From contig JAPDJW010000001.1 in NCBI GenBank assembly GCA_029258885.1, forward strand, positions 160,001 through 224,000: a stretch of DNA of 64,000 bases. The letters run 5' to 3'. The notes beneath the pieces are model-generated. The model ran no database searches and was not told the origin of the DNA. It saw nothing but the letters and a program-made list of their open reading frames with translations. Positions 21,705 to 33,460 of the stretch are shown here, piece by piece. Origin of the DNA: Thermoproteota archaeon (lineage in GTDB: Archaea > Thermoproteota > Thermoprotei > Thermofilales > B9-G17). Each line of letters opens with the position of its first letter. Position 1 is the first letter of the stretch. A program made the position numbers and the translations under genes.

Positions 21705-22379
21705 TTAAGTTTTTCCTGAGGAGGCGATTGCATGCAGTATTTCTCTAGCTCTTTTACCGGGATCGTTGGACCTCGTTATATATCCGCCAACAATTACAAT
21801 ATCTGGCTTTGCATGAATAATTTGCGGAATAATTTGCGGTTTTATTCCTCCAGCAAGGGCAAGCTTAATACTACCGTATTTTTCCCTAATGAGTCTTGCT
21901 TCGTTTACCAAGGAGATTATGCTTATTCCACGGCGCTTCTGTACATCAACACCTATGTGAAGACAGACTATATCAAATCCTATATTGGCTATCTCTTCCA
22001 GCCTCTCAATCGGATTTGCTACATTTATAAAATCAACCATCACAAGCTTACCGTATTCCCTAGCCAGCTCTGTAACTTCCTCTATAGTTTCCTTACTCGC
22101 TAATGCAAGGACAGTTACGATATCGGCACCAGCTTCGTAGAATACCCTGGCTTCAAGAACTCCTGCATCCATAGTTTTAGTATCAGCTACAATAAAGGCA
22201 TCATCAAAATATGCTCTGAATATCTTTACAGGTAAAACGCCATACTTCTTAATCAACGGTGTACCAGCCTCAATATAACGCGCGCCACTTACGTACGTTG
22301 CCTTAGCTATACGCATAGCTTTATCTAAGTTAACAACGTCTATAGCAACCTGTAAGTTAGCGGACAATTCTCTCACCAC
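21705..22379 (-). CDS. hxlA: 3-hexulose-6-phosphate synthase (OMPDC/HUMPS family)
   Basis: LQVAID, IEAGTPLIK, VADTKTMDAG, HIGVDVQ and AGGI motifs. Confidence 0.88.
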   Translation of the reverse strand: MVRELSANLQVAIDVVNLDKAMRIAKATYVSGARYIEAGTPLIKKYGVLPVKIFRAYFDDAFIVADTKTMDAGVLEARVFYEAGADIVTVLALASKETIEEVTELAREYGKLVMVDFINVANPIERLEEIANIGFDIVCLHIGVDVQKRRGISIISLVNEARLIREKYGSIKLALAGGIKPQIIPQIIHAKPDIVIVGGYITRSNDPGKRAREILHAIASSGKT

Positions 22380-22540
22380 GTCAGATAATCCAACATACAG
22401 GCTTATAAGTTATGACCAATTCGATGATAAAGCAGTACTCATGGTTTGCATAATCTAACATCTCACGATGGCTTTTCTGCGTAAAAAATATATAGAAGCG
22501 CTAATATGCATTTTTCGGATTATTCTCATGGGGTGTTAGA

Positions 22541-24196
22541 ATGGCGGCTCAACTAGCACAAATAGGTGGAGTTCCTGTTCTAATCCTAAAGGAAGGTACC
22601 ACGAGAACATTTGGTCGTGAGGCAATAAGACAAAACATTATGATCGCAAAAGCAATCAGCGAAACCATCAAGACGACCCTAGGACCAAAAGGAATGGATA
22701 AAATGTTAATTGACAGCTTAGGAGATATAACCATTAGTAACGACGGAGCAACTATACTGGATGAAATTGACGTACAGCATCCAATAGCCAAACTGCTCGT
22801 GGAAATATCCAAGGCCCAGGACGATGAGGTGGGAGACGGAACAACAACAACAGTGGTTCTAGCTGGTGAGCTACTCAAGGAGGCCGAGAGGCTGCTACTA
22901 AAGAACATACATCCGACAGTAATAGTGTCAGGGTACAAGAAGGCGCTTGAAAAGGCGAAAGAAGTACTAAAGAGTATAGCCATAAAGGTAGACAGGGACG
23001 ATGATGAGTCATTAAAGAAGGTTGCAATGACTGCTATGCACGGAAAAGCAGTCGCCGGGGTCAGAGAATACCTGGCTGAAATAGCAGTAAAGGCCGTTAA
23101 ACAGATAACAGAGAAGAGAGGAGATCGCATCGTAGCAGACACCGGATACATACAGATGACAAAGAAACAAGGAGGCAGCATGTTTGATACACAGCTAGTC
23201 TACGGAGTAATCATAGATAAGGAGGTAGTTCACCCAGGCATGCCTAAGAGAATAGAAAACGCTAAAATAGCTCTACTGGATACGCCACTTGAAATAGAGA
23301 AGACTGAAATAGATGCAGAAATAAGGATACACGATCCATCGCAAATGCAGGCCTTCATAGAGGAGGAAGAAAGACTGTTAAGAGATATGGTTATGAAGAT
23401 CAAGAAGGCAGGTGCAAACGTAGTATTCTGCCAGAAGGGTATAGATGATATAGCCCAACACTACCTTGCTAAGGAAGGCATACTGGCTGTAAGGAGAGTC
23501 AAGAAGTCCGATATGGAGAAGTTAGCTAGGGCCACTGGAGCTAGGATAGTAACCAAGGTCGAAGACCTAACAGAGAAGGATCTAGGATACGCTAAACTGG
23601 TAGAGGAAAGGAAGATAGCCGAGGAACGAATGGTATTCGTTGAAGGATGTAAAGATCCTAAAGCAGTAAGCATACTGATAAGAGGAGGTCTAGAGAAAGT
23701 AGTCGATGAAGTTGAGAGATCATTAAACGATGCCCTAAGGGTAGTAGCTGATGTAATAGAGGAGCCATGCATACTGCCGGGTGGAGGCGCACCAGAAGCA
23801 GAAATAGCCAAAGTATTGAGGGATTACGCTGCAAAAGTTGGTGGAAGGGAGCAATTAGCGATAGAGGCTTTTGCTAATGCAGTAGAGGTTATACCGAAAA
23901 CCCTAGCTGAGAACTCTGGGCTTGATGCCATTGAGACCCTAATGAAGTTAAGGAAGAAGCATAAGGAGAAGGATGGATGGAAGTATGGTGTAAATGTATT
24001 CACTGGAGAAATAGAAGATATGCTAAAGCTAGGAGTAGTAGAGCCACTCGTAGTAAAAACTCAGGCACTGAAATCAGCAACTGAAGCATCTGCAATGATT
24101 CTGAGAATTGACGATATAATAGCGGCAAGCAAGCTTGAGACTAAGGAAGAGAAAGGAAGAGAAGGCGAAGAAGAAAAAGAAACTGAATTTGATTGA
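22541..24196 (+). CDS. ths: Thermosome (group II chaperonin) subunit
   Basis: [25 protein letters not shown] and GGGAPE motifs. Confidence 0.97.
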   Translation: MAAQLAQIGGVPVLILKEGTTRTFGREAIRQNIMIAKAISETIKTTLGPKGMDKMLIDSLGDITISNDGATILDEIDVQHPIAKLLVEISKAQDDEVGDGTTTTVVLAGELLKEAERLLLKNIHPTVIVSGYKKALEKAKEVLKSIAIKVDRDDDESLKKVAMTAMHGKAVAGVREYLAEIAVKAVKQITEKRGDRIVADTGYIQMTKKQGGSMFDTQLVYGVIIDKEVVHPGMPKRIENAKIALLDTPLEIEKTEIDAEIRIHDPSQMQAFIEEEERLLRDMVMKIKKAGANVVFCQKGIDDIAQHYLAKEGILAVRRVKKSDMEKLARATGARIVTKVEDLTEKDLGYAKLVEERKIAEERMVFVEGCKDPKAVSILIRGGLEKVVDEVERSLNDALRVVADVIEEPCILPGGGAPEAEIAKVLRDYAAKVGGREQLAIEAFANAVEVIPKTLAENSGLDAIETLMKLRKKHKEKDGWKYGVNVFTGEIEDMLKLGVVEPLVVKTQALKSATEASAMILRIDDIIAASKLETKEEKGREGEEEKETEFD

Positions 24197-24394
24197 AACT
24201 ACTAATTAATTTTTAGTATAAAAGAAAGTTTCTTTACTCTTTCTTTATATTATAAACTTCTTATCATGTAATCTTAATGTAGGTTAGTTTACAGATATTC
24301 ATGCGAGTTTTCTGTGTTTCAGTGTATTAGAGGCAAATATTACCCACATTATAAGAATTCTAGCAGAACTAGTTAATGTAAGTGTTAAGGATAG

Positions 24395-24484
24395 TAGCCC
24401 GGCGGGGATTCGAACCCCGGTCGGCGGGTTTCTCTCCTAACTGGGTCCAGAGCCCACCATGCTTGACCGCTACACCACCGGGCT
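24395..24484 (-). tRNA. tRNA-Gln(CTG) with a 17-nt intron at position 37/38 (intron 24430..24446)
   Basis: Acceptor AGCCCGG/CCGGGCT-A; T arm CGGGG-TTCGAAT-CCCCG; anticodon arm GTGGG-CTCTGG|intron|A-CCCGC. Intron ACCCAGTTAGGAGAGAA forms a bulge-helix-bulge (CTCT pairs with AGAG). CCA is not encoded. Confidence 0.95.
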
Positions 24485-24630
24485 CCAGAATATATAATCC
24501 AGAGGCTATCGATATATATTTTTCTTCACTTACGATTACTACCCAACCTTCAGAGGGCTCAAGAAATGGTCTAATTTGCAGAAGATGATTTGGGAATGTT
24601 TATAAGCTAATTTAAAGGTAAAATATACTA

Positions 24631-24686
24631 GGCTATGAAGAAAAAGCGCCTTCTGATAGCTGATGAACGAGAAGTACCTCTGAGCT
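24631..24686 (+). ncRNA. Candidate C/D box guide sRNA
   Basis: C ATGAAGA (24635), 11-nt guide, D' CTGA (24653), C' TGATGA (24661), 13-nt guide, D CTGA (24680); short GCT/AGC terminal stem; intergenic. Confidence 0.75.
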
Positions 24687-24923
24687 AATAAATATATCAT
24701 TATTAAAATACTATAAAATTTTACATTAAATAAAGGATAGATTAACGTTCTACTCCAGAACTTAGTTTGAAATGTAGTTTTGCGTTGCCTAAACTGCATG
24801 TGTTTACCCGGTTTTTGAGAAAGAACTTGAACATTATAGCATCTGAGATATCCTGAAAATACCATTCAAAATAAATATTGGAGTGTATAGAAATAAGCTA
24901 AACACAGAGGATGATGATGGAAT

Positions 24924-25424
24924 ATGAAGATTATGTGGGCTCCCTGGAGAATAAAGTATATTTTATCCGCAGTGAAGAAAACGAATGAATGTATTTTCTG
25001 TAAAATTATAAGCTATGATAGGGAAAAGGATAAGGAAAACCTCATACTCCATAGGGGAGATACTGCTTTCATCGTGTTAAACAAGTACCCATACAACAAC
25101 GGACACTTATTAATTGTCCCATATTCGCACGTACCCTCTCTGGAATATCTTAGCGATGAGGAGGTACTTGAAATGATGAAGCTTGTAAAATATTCAATAT
25201 TAGCATTAAGAAAGGCCATGAATCCCGACGGGTTTAATGTAGGTATAAACATTGGGAGGGTAGCGGGAGCAGGCGTTGAAGACCACGTACACATACATAT
25301 AGTCCCAAGGTGGAATGGAGATACAAATTTCATGCCAGTGCTAGCCGAAACTAAAGTAATCTCAGAGTCTCTACAAGACTCCTATGAAAGAATAAGTAAA
25401 GCTTTACGTGAAATTTTAGGCTAG
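24924..25424 (+). CDS. HIT family nucleotide hydrolase/phosphorylase
   Basis: MWAPWR, CIFC, LNKYPYNNGH and HVHIHIVPRW motifs. Confidence 0.93.
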   Translation: MKIMWAPWRIKYILSAVKKTNECIFCKIISYDREKDKENLILHRGDTAFIVLNKYPYNNGHLLIVPYSHVPSLEYLSDEEVLEMMKLVKYSILALRKAMNPDGFNVGINIGRVAGAGVEDHVHIHIVPRWNGDTNFMPVLAETKVISESLQDSYERISKALREILG

Positions 25425-26266
25425 CTTCTGGCAAGGTATGCATCATAAAGATCCTTTACATCCTGGAATATTAGGTCCCTTATAATAGGCCTCTTTTCTC
25501 TTGCGCTGCGAATGCGATCCGTATCTATCACCGCTGAGACCACATCCTCCTCGTATAGCTTAGCTTTAACGAGCATTTTACCTAAAGGACCCCTCACATG
25601 GCTTCCCCCAAAGAAGCCTATGCCGTCTTGAAACCCCACATTATTGACGTATGCTACAAAAACCGTGTTTTCCATAGCACGGCATTTAATGAATGTCTCA
25701 AAATGGTCCCTAGACATATCTGGTGCAGCTGATAAATAGACGTGGAGTATAGCACCCCTTAACATGAGGGTTCTTGAAACTTCGGGGAAGAATGCGTCAT
25801 AACATATAGCAACTCCCAGCTTTAGTCCATCAATGTTGTATACGTTAATTGTGCCACGCCATGGATTAAAGTACCTTAATTCTTCAAATAAGCCATAGCT
25901 GGGTAGGTGTCTCTTCCTATATACGCCAATTACTCCTCTTTCACCAACTATAGCAGCCGAGTTATACAGTAGCCTATCCTCGGAACTACGCTCGGACATC
26001 CCGAGGATAGCTATGCTCTTAACAGATTTTTCTTTAAGAACTTCAGCAAAGAGTTCTGTCGTCGGGCCGGGTATGGTTTCAGCCAGAATAAAGTGTAAAT
26101 CTTTACTTAAATAGCCTTGAACGTAAAGCTCAGGGAGTATGTATATATTAAGATCTACTTCCTCCTCAACTTTATCTGATTTAATAACTTCAATAGCTTT
26201 CGCAATGTTTATCTCTTTCCTTCCTGGAATGCTTCTCAGCTGAAGAAGGCAAAGACGCACTTTCAT
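25421..26266 (-). CDS. Carbon-nitrogen hydrolase (nitrilase superfamily)
   Basis: Catalytic triad motifs LPEL, YRKRHLP and ICYDAFFPE. Confidence 0.92.
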   Translation of the reverse strand: MKVRLCLLQLRSIPGRKEINIAKAIEVIKSDKVEEEVDLNIYILPELYVQGYLSKDLHFILAETIPGPTTELFAEVLKEKSVKSIAILGMSERSSEDRLLYNSAAIVGERGVIGVYRKRHLPSYGLFEELRYFNPWRGTINVYNIDGLKLGVAICYDAFFPEVSRTLMLRGAILHVYLSAAPDMSRDHFETFIKCRAMENTVFVAYVNNVGFQDGIGFFGGSHVRGPLGKMLVKAKLYEEDVVSAVIDTDRIRSAREKRPIIRDLIFQDVKDLYDAYLARS

Positions 26267-26332
26267 GATTACAAGAAAGGAGTTAAATGTTTATTTTCTT
26301 TTTCGATACTTAACTTCTTAGGTGTGAACAAT

Positions 26333-27175
26333 ATGGCGGAGAAGATAACGATTAAAAGTCTGGACATCGACCTGCAGTATGCAGTTGAGCGAATTACTAA
26401 CTTCATAAAGGAGTATCTAGCTAAGAGTAAGGCAAAGGGATACGTCATCGGATTAAGTGGTGGGATAGATTCATCCACTACACTAGCTCTTCTAGTAAAA
26501 GCCGTAGGTAGCGAGAAGATCACCGGACTAATAATGCCTTTTAAGGGAATAACACCAGAAGAAGACATAAACGATGCTTTAGACCTAGCCAATAGCTTCA
26601 ATGTAAAACATCACATAATATGTATAAACAGCATATTCGAAGCTTTCAAGTCTATCATCCCTTATTTTGATGAGCAAGACCGCATTTCAAACGGCAACCT
26701 TATGGCGAGGACTAGAATGATACTTCTCTACTACTATGCCAACAAATATAACTATTTAGTGGCTGGCACGGGAGATAAGAGTGAAATCCTCTTAGGATAC
26801 TTCACAAAGGGCGGGGATGGTATGGTAGATATTCTTCCAATAGGAGACCTATATAAAACTCAGGTAAGAAAGGTTGCGAAATACTTGGGACTGCCAGAGA
26901 GAATAGTAACTAAGCCAAGCAGCCCTAGGCTGTGGGCAGGACAGATAGCTGAGCAAGAGCTAGGCATAAGCTATGAAACAATAGATCTAGTTCTCTACTC
27001 GCTCTTTGACTTAAGGCTTAATATGGATAAAATAGCTGAAAAAACAGGAATTAGTAAAAGCATTATTCAAGCAATATATGAGAGAGTAATTTCATCGCAA
27101 CATAAACGTAACTTGCCGCCCATACCGAGGATAAGTGCCCGGACAACGGGATTAGATTTGAGGATGCCAATTTAG
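26333..27175 (+). CDS. nadE: NH3-dependent NAD+ synthetase
   Basis: [33 protein letters not shown] and SQHKR motifs. Confidence 0.95.
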   Translation: MAEKITIKSLDIDLQYAVERITNFIKEYLAKSKAKGYVIGLSGGIDSSTTLALLVKAVGSEKITGLIMPFKGITPEEDINDALDLANSFNVKHHIICINSIFEAFKSIIPYFDEQDRISNGNLMARTRMILLYYYANKYNYLVAGTGDKSEILLGYFTKGGDGMVDILPIGDLYKTQVRKVAKYLGLPERIVTKPSSPRLWAGQIAEQELGISYETIDLVLYSLFDLRLNMDKIAEKTGISKSIIQAIYERVISSQHKRNLPPIPRISARTTGLDLRMPI

Positions 27176-28107
27176 CCTTGACGAAGAGGTAACGGAATCT
27201 TTAGTTTTTTAGCTAATTCCTTATATCTATTTCTTACAGTAACTTCAGTAACCTGTGCGGCCTGAGCAACTTCCTTCTGCGTCCTCACCTCTCCTGAGCG
27301 GAGTGAGGCAATATATATTGCTGCTGCAGCTAGACCGGCCGGATCTTTTCCTGCGGTTATTCCAAGCTTCTGTGCTTCCCTAAGTATGTTGATAGCTTCC
27401 CTAATAGTTCTAGTGCTTAACTTTAATGTCTCACCTATTCTAGGCACGAAGTCTATTGCATTAGGTAGTGGAACCTTCACAGGCGTCTCCCTAATGAGAA
27501 GCCTATAGCACCTAGCGACATCCTTTCTTCCAGCTCTCGTATATCTAGATATTTCATCCAAAGTTCTTGGCAATCTTCTTTCCCTACATGCGGCATAAAT
27601 CGCTGCAGCCATAACGGACTCTATTGATCGTCCCCTAACTAACCCCGTCTCTAAAGCTATCCTATAAATTTCTAATGCCCTATCCTTTATTACCTTAGGT
27701 AGACCTAAATGTGAAGATAATCTTTCAAGTTCAATAGCCGCCTGAGCCAAATTCCTCTCTATCGATGACTGTATCCTAGTCCTTAAATGCCATTTCCTCA
27801 ATCTAAGCATCTCTATCTTTCTCTTCAGGGATAGCTCTCTACCTGCAGCATCCTTACTCTTCCAATCTATCTCTGTGGATAAGCTCTCAGGAGTTATCCT
27901 ATCTAAAGGCATACCAATTCTACTTCTCTTTTCTCTCTCCTCAGGGGTGAATGCTCTCCACTCTGGTCCTCTATCGATAGCTCTTTCGCTTATAACGTTG
28001 CCACAGACGGGGCATATTATCTCTCCTCTAGCGTAATCGTGAATAAGCCTTGTATTGCCACATCTATCACAGACTAATGTCTTCCTCTTCGATCGATTAT
28101 TACTCAT
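27172..28107 (-). CDS. tfb: Transcription initiation factor IIB
   Basis: Zinc ribbon, [11 protein letters not shown]-reader and two cyclin repeats. ATG at 28107 follows a GGGTGAG SD (track start 28134). Confidence 0.96.
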   Translation of the reverse strand: MSNNRSKRKTLVCDRCGNTRLIHDYARGEIICPVCGNVISERAIDRGPEWRAFTPEEREKRSRIGMPLDRITPESLSTEIDWKSKDAAGRELSLKRKIEMLRLRKWHLRTRIQSSIERNLAQAAIELERLSSHLGLPKVIKDRALEIYRIALETGLVRGRSIESVMAAAIYAACRERRLPRTLDEISRYTRAGRKDVARCYRLLIRETPVKVPLPNAIDFVPRIGETLKLSTRTIREAINILREAQKLGITAGKDPAGLAAAAIYIASLRSGEVRTQKEVAQAAQVTEVTVRNRYKELAKKLKIPLPLRQG

Positions 28108-28217
28108 AATCTCACCCAATAAGTTTAAATACACCTAAAGGGAAATATTTATAAATTTTTCGTCCCCCATAATAAGGGGACAAAAAGCTTATAAACTTTT
28201 CGTTTGGAGGTCTTTCT

Positions 28218-29495
28218 ATGCATAATGTATACATTGAAACCTACGGATGTTGGCTGAATAAAGCCGAGACAGAGGTTATTAAGACAATTTTACGAAAAAA
28301 TGGTTACACTATCGTACAGGATTTAGAGGATGCTGATATGGTAATAATAAATACGTGCGCTGTCCGGGAAGACGTGGAGAGACGAATGTTCAGGAGGCTA
28401 AGGGAGATAGGGAGAAAGGAGGGGAAGTTTAAGGTAATTGTAGCTGGCTGTTTAGCCGTTGTAAGGCCAGCTTCAATAGTAAAGATTATACCTAGGGCTA
28501 TGCTGATTAGTCCCGATAATATAGAGCGCATAATGGATGCCATTAAAGGGGGCAATCACTTAATACTAGGTGCATCCTCAAGGTGCATTCTTCCGGATAT
28601 ACCTAGCAGTCATAGGTATGTAGTGCCAATAGCATCTGGATGTTTAGGTAACTGTGCTTTCTGTGTAGGAAAATTCGCTAGACCACGATTGAAAAGCTAT
28701 CCTAAGGATGTAATTGTAGATGCGATTAGTCGTGCGGTAGAGAGGGGCGTAAGGGAGATCTATTTAACAGCACAAGATGTAGCCGCCTATGGTGTAGATA
28801 TAGGGACAAACATTGTTGAATTGCTAAATGATATCTTGAGTAGAATACATGGAGAGTATATTATAAGGCTAGGGATGATGGAGCCAAGCTTAGTTTTGAA
28901 ATATCTAGATGAGCTGGTAGAAATATACAGAGATCCCCGCGTCTACAAGTACCTACATATGCCTATTCAATCAGGCGATGACAGGGTATTGAAGCTGATG
29001 AATAGGAAGTATAATACGGATGATATTATAACGATAGTTGAGAAGTTTAGGAGAGAATTCCCGGAGCTTAATTTCGCGACGGATATTATAGTTGGTTTTC
29101 CGGGGGAGGATGATGAGGCATTTAACAATACAGTCAGAATTATTGAATATTTAAAGCCCGATAAGGTTCATTTTGCAAGATATGCTTTAAGGCCGTTTAC
29201 TAAAGCATATCTAATGCCGCAGGTACCTGAATACATTAAGAAGAGGAGATCCCGTATGTTATCAAAAGTTGTTGAAAAGGTAACGCTGGAGCGAAATATG
29301 CAACTTGTAGGAAAATGTAGAAGGGCAATAGTATCCGATTATGGACTTAAGGAAAATACATTAATCTGTAGACTATTGAACTATAAGCCAGTCGTTATAA
29401 GTAGGGAGCCAAACCTATCCTTAGGCGACATCATAGATGTCAAAATTTTAGATGCAACACCTATATACTTAAGGGGTAAAATCCTAGGATCTTGA
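28218..29495 (+). CDS. tRNA methylthiotransferase (MiaB/MtaB-like; UPF0004 + radical SAM + TRAM)
   Basis: [35 protein letters not shown] and TRAM tail. Confidence 0.9.
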   Translation: MHNVYIETYGCWLNKAETEVIKTILRKNGYTIVQDLEDADMVIINTCAVREDVERRMFRRLREIGRKEGKFKVIVAGCLAVVRPASIVKIIPRAMLISPDNIERIMDAIKGGNHLILGASSRCILPDIPSSHRYVVPIASGCLGNCAFCVGKFARPRLKSYPKDVIVDAISRAVERGVREIYLTAQDVAAYGVDIGTNIVELLNDILSRIHGEYIIRLGMMEPSLVLKYLDELVEIYRDPRVYKYLHMPIQSGDDRVLKLMNRKYNTDDIITIVEKFRREFPELNFATDIIVGFPGEDDEAFNNTVRIIEYLKPDKVHFARYALRPFTKAYLMPQVPEYIKKRRSRMLSKVVEKVTLERNMQLVGKCRRAIVSDYGLKENTLICRLLNYKPVVISREPNLSLGDIIDVKILDATPIYLRGKILGS

Positions 29496-31178
29496 AGAAC
29501 CTCTAATTTCATCGAGCTTCTTCAATAGCTTTTCAACGTCCTTCTCAGTCAACTTCTTGAATACTACCTTAGGCTTATTTATCCTATGTCCACCAGGTAC
29601 TAGGTCTTTAGCCATGCTCCAGGAAATATCGTTAACGTTGTAATTCATTTGTCTAAGTAGTTCCTCTGCGCTACTGGGTATAAATGGAAGCAACATTATA
29701 GCGACCGACCTTGCGATGCTAAATGCTATATTCATAGTTGTACACGTCCTCTCCCAATCAGTCTTTATGGTATTCCATGGTTCTCTCTCGTTAAGATACC
29801 TATTGCCTAACCTAGCTAGTCCAGCTACTTCATGTAAAGCAAGCCTTATTCTAAATTCATCCATGTACTCTGTTATCCTCCTATACATGCTAGCTATCTC
29901 ATCTACTGTCCTTTTGTCTACCTCATCCATTTCATGTCTTTCGGGAACTACTCCATCCATTCGAGTATATATAAACGATAGTGTACGGTAAATAAAGTTC
30001 CCGATATCGTCATTTAACATCTTGTTAATAACGTTGAGTAACTCGCTCCACCTAAAGCTCGTGTCCCTAACCTCAGGCCTTAGAGCTACTAGGGTAAATC
30101 TCCATATATCGGTTGGCAGAAGCTCTAGTGCCTCGTCAATCCATATGCCGATACGCCTACTCTTAGAAAACTTCTGCCCTTCGTAGAGCAGGTACTCTGT
30201 CGATGCAACGGTCCAAGGAAGATTGTAGTTTCTTGATGAAGCGATAAGTAGTGCAGGAAATATTATCGTGTGGAAAGGTATATTATCTTTACCTATAAAG
30301 TAAACACTCTTTGTCTCCGGATTAAGCCAAAACTCCTTCCACCTATCCTTTTCTCCTTTTTTGCTGAAATATTCTATTGTAGCTGAAATATATCCGAGAA
30401 CAGCCTCCATCCAGACATAGATTGTTTTACCCTCTGCTCCCGGAAATGGAGCGGGAATCCCCCACTTATTATCTCTAGTTATGGACCTTGGCTTTAATCC
30501 ATCCCTAATTACCTGTAAGCTCATGTTCCTAGCGTTCTCCGGCAAATTACTGTTTTCTAATATATATTTCTCGATGTCATTAGATAATTTAGGCAGATCG
30601 AAAAACCAATGTTTCGTCTTTTTAATAATGGGTTTAGATCCACAAATGGAACATCTAGGGTTAATAAGCATAGTTGGTGTTAGTAGCCTACCACATTTAT
30701 CACATTGGTCGCCTCTGGCGTCCTCAAAGCCACAGTAAGGACAAGTTCCATGAACAAATCTATCCGGGAGAAATCTATTGCACTTAGGACAAAACGGCAA
30801 AAGCATTTCATCTTCAAAAATGTAGCCTCTCTCATATAGATCCATATAGAATTCCTGAACAAACTTTATGTGTACAGGATTCTCAGTCCGTGAATAGTTG
30901 TCGAAGGATATATTCCATCGATCAAACAGCTTCTTCATTCTGCTATGTATTTCATCTGTAAGCTCTTTAGGACGTATTCCACGCTTAATGGCCTCTACCT
31001 CAATGGGAGTTCCATGCTCATCGGATCCGCTGACAAACACTACTTCGCATCCCTTTAACCTTAAATACCGTGCAGCAACATCGGCTGAAAGGATGGATCC
31101 TATAATGTTACCTAGGTGAGGGATACCGTGAGCATAGGGCCACGCTGAGCAAACGAGCCATTTGTCTCCCATGAGCAT
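29484..31178 (-). CDS. metG: Methionine--tRNA ligase (short form, no C-terminal OB domain)
   Basis: PHLGN (HIGH), GSDEHGTP, zinc knuckles, IGKDNIPFH and KFSKS motifs. Confidence 0.96.
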   Translation of the reverse strand: MLMGDKWLVCSAWPYAHGIPHLGNIIGSILSADVAARYLRLKGCEVVFVSGSDEHGTPIEVEAIKRGIRPKELTDEIHSRMKKLFDRWNISFDNYSRTENPVHIKFVQEFYMDLYERGYIFEDEMLLPFCPKCNRFLPDRFVHGTCPYCGFEDARGDQCDKCGRLLTPTMLINPRCSICGSKPIIKKTKHWFFDLPKLSNDIEKYILENSNLPENARNMSLQVIRDGLKPRSITRDNKWGIPAPFPGAEGKTIYVWMEAVLGYISATIEYFSKKGEKDRWKEFWLNPETKSVYFIGKDNIPFHTIIFPALLIASSRNYNLPWTVASTEYLLYEGQKFSKSRRIGIWIDEALELLPTDIWRFTLVALRPEVRDTSFRWSELLNVINKMLNDDIGNFIYRTLSFIYTRMDGVVPERHEMDEVDKRTVDEIASMYRRITEYMDEFRIRLALHEVAGLARLGNRYLNEREPWNTIKTDWERTCTTMNIAFSIARSVAIMLLPFIPSSAEELLRQMNYNVNDISWSMAKDLVPGGHRINKPKVVFKKLTEKDVEKLLKKLDEIRGSSRS

Positions 31179-31249
31179 TACCTCCCAATCATATTATTAA
31201 TGGTCATATTAAAGAATTATGATTATTATTAATAGTAATGATAGCTCAG

Positions 31250-32590
31250 CTATGTTCCTAATCTCCAGCTTTCTAAGTATTCTTTCTGCTCCTTAGTTAA
31301 TCTTTCGATCTTTACACCCAGGCTCTTAAGTTTTAACCTAGCTATTCTTTCATCTATTTTATAAGGTAGCCTATAGACTTTCTTTTTCAATTTACCTTTA
31401 TTCTTAACCAGATACTCGACAGCCAGCGCCTGGTTGGCAAAACTCATATCCATGACCTCGCTAGGATGTCCCTCGGCGGAGACCAGATTTACAAGTCGTC
31501 CCTCAGCGATAAGATACAGCTTCTTACCATCCCGTAGCCTGTATTCATCTACTGTAGGCCTTACAGATCTCTTGCTAACAGAAATTTCCTCCAGATCGGG
31601 TACGCTTATTTCCACGTTAAAGTGGCCAGCGTTTGCTAGAACAGCTCCATCCTTCATCAATAAGAAGTGTTCCTTTCTAATAACATCTCTATTTCCCGTA
31701 GCAGTTATAAATATGTCACCTATCCTAGCCGCCTCACGCATTGACATTACTCTAAATCCATCGTATATTGCCTCTAATGCCTTAATTGGATCGACTTCAA
31801 CAACTATAACATTAGCACCCATGCCCCTTGCTCTTTGAGCAATACCTCTACCTACCCATCCATACCCGCAGACAACTACGTTTTTACCTGCAAGCAGAAT
31901 GTTTGTGGCACGCATAATTCCATCTAAAGTACTCTGTCCGCAGCCGTACCTGTTATCAAATAGGTATTTCGTAAGCGAGTCATTTACCGCCACAATAGGG
32001 TATAGAAGCTTTCCATTCCTCTCCAAGGCTTTAAGCCTTAAAACTCCTGTTGTAGTCTCTTCGGTCCCGCCTAATATCCTCTCAATAGACTTAACATCCC
32101 AATCTCTTAGCATCTCCTTGGCGTATCTAGTTTCTTCATTCAAAATGCCATAGAAAAGCATATGTATTGTGGATGTTAAGTCGGCTCCATCATCCATTGT
32201 CACATCGGGCTGGGAGGAAATAAGCATACCTATAGCCTTATAATACTGTTCCTTTGACATACCTCTCCAAGCGAACACGTGAACACCCATTTCAGCTAAC
32301 GCCGCTGCAACATTATCCTGTGTAGATAACGGGTTGGAAGCAGATATCCATATCTCAGCTCCACCGCTAAGGAGAGCCTTTGCAAGTACAGCTGTTTCCT
32401 TAGTCACGTGCATACACATTGCAATTCTAAGCCCCTTAAACGGCTTCAGTTTCTCTAGTCGCTTTGCGATAAGCCTTAAAACCGGCATGTGAGCTTCTGC
32501 CCACTCTATCTGCGTTTTTCCTATTGGTGCTAGAGACGGATCCTTAACCCTATACTCATCTGCCAAAGATATTTTTATCATCTCTATCAC
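31250..32590 (-). CDS. ahcY: Adenosylhomocysteinase
   Basis: [26 protein letters not shown] and GRLVNL..AEGHP motifs. Confidence 0.97.
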   Translation of the reverse strand: MIEMIKISLADEYRVKDPSLAPIGKTQIEWAEAHMPVLRLIAKRLEKLKPFKGLRIAMCMHVTKETAVLAKALLSGGAEIWISASNPLSTQDNVAAALAEMGVHVFAWRGMSKEQYYKAIGMLISSQPDVTMDDGADLTSTIHMLFYGILNEETRYAKEMLRDWDVKSIERILGGTEETTTGVLRLKALERNGKLLYPIVAVNDSLTKYLFDNRYGCGQSTLDGIMRATNILLAGKNVVVCGYGWVGRGIAQRARGMGANVIVVEVDPIKALEAIYDGFRVMSMREAARIGDIFITATGNRDVIRKEHFLLMKDGAVLANAGHFNVEISVPDLEEISVSKRSVRPTVDEYRLRDGKKLYLIAEGRLVNLVSAEGHPSEVMDMSFANQALAVEYLVKNKGKLKKKVYRLPYKIDERIARLKLKSLGVKIERLTKEQKEYLESWRLGT

Positions 32591-32607
32591 TTATGTCATA
32601 AATCTAG

Positions 32608-33411
32608 CTAAAGCAGCGCTGTTTTTAACGCTTCACCACAGGGACATTTCCTTTCCAGCGGTATCCTGGGTATCAAAGCCTTTAGAAGCTTTTTAGCTTT
32701 CTCAGTATTCTCCTTCATTACCCTAACGACTTCCTCGGCCGTAACGGGCTTTTCCGCCCAAACGTCGTAGTCGGTGACCATAGCAATAGTAACGTAACAT
32801 ATCTCGGCTTCTCTCGCGAGATTTACTTCAGGAACCAGGGTCATTCCTATAATATCACAGTGCCATTGTCTCCACAACCTGGATTCTGCTCTTGTCGAGA
32901 ACCTAGGCCCCTCTATGCATATATACGTCCCCTTATCGTGCATTTTAATGTTAAGGTCACGTGCTGTCTTAACAACTATCTCCCTGAGCTCGGGACAGAA
33001 GGGATCAGCCATTGAAACGTGAGCTACTACTCCACCGTCATAGAACGTATAGGCCCTACTTTTAGTCATATCAACGAATTGATCAGGGCATACGAAGTCT
33101 CCAGGCTTATAGTCCTCCCTCAAGCTACCTACGGCTGATACTGATATTATTCTCTTAACGCCTATTTCCTTTAAGGCCCAGATATTAGCCCTATAGTTGA
33201 CCTTATGCGGGGGAATAGAATGTCTCGGGCCGTGTCTAGCTAAAAACGCTACCTTAACGCCCCCAATAGACCCAACCTTTATGAAATCTGACGGAAGTCC
33301 ATATGGAGTATAAACTTTTATTTCCTCAATTTCTGTCTCAAACCAATCTGGATCATAAAGCCCTGAGCCACCTATAATCCCTATATATGCCTCCACCTTT
33401 TTTAAACTCAT
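32608..33411 (-). CDS. mtnP: 5'-methylthioadenosine phosphorylase
   Basis: [39 protein letters not shown] and TDYD motifs. Confidence 0.95.
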   Translation of the reverse strand: MSLKKVEAYIGIIGGSGLYDPDWFETEIEEIKVYTPYGLPSDFIKVGSIGGVKVAFLARHGPRHSIPPHKVNYRANIWALKEIGVKRIISVSAVGSLREDYKPGDFVCPDQFVDMTKSRAYTFYDGGVVAHVSMADPFCPELREIVVKTARDLNIKMHDKGTYICIEGPRFSTRAESRLWRQWHCDIIGMTLVPEVNLAREAEICYVTIAMVTDYDVWAEKPVTAEEVVRVMKENTEKAKKLLKALIPRIPLERKCPCGEALKTALL

Positions 33412-33460
33412 TCAATCACCATTCAATTTTATTCCAACAAACTTATTTCTCTTATGGATG

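Noticed and set aside
24382-24865. ORFs 24382..24588 (+) and 24539..24865 (-)
   Set aside because: They overlap tRNA-Gln and the C/D sRNA and have non-protein-like composition.
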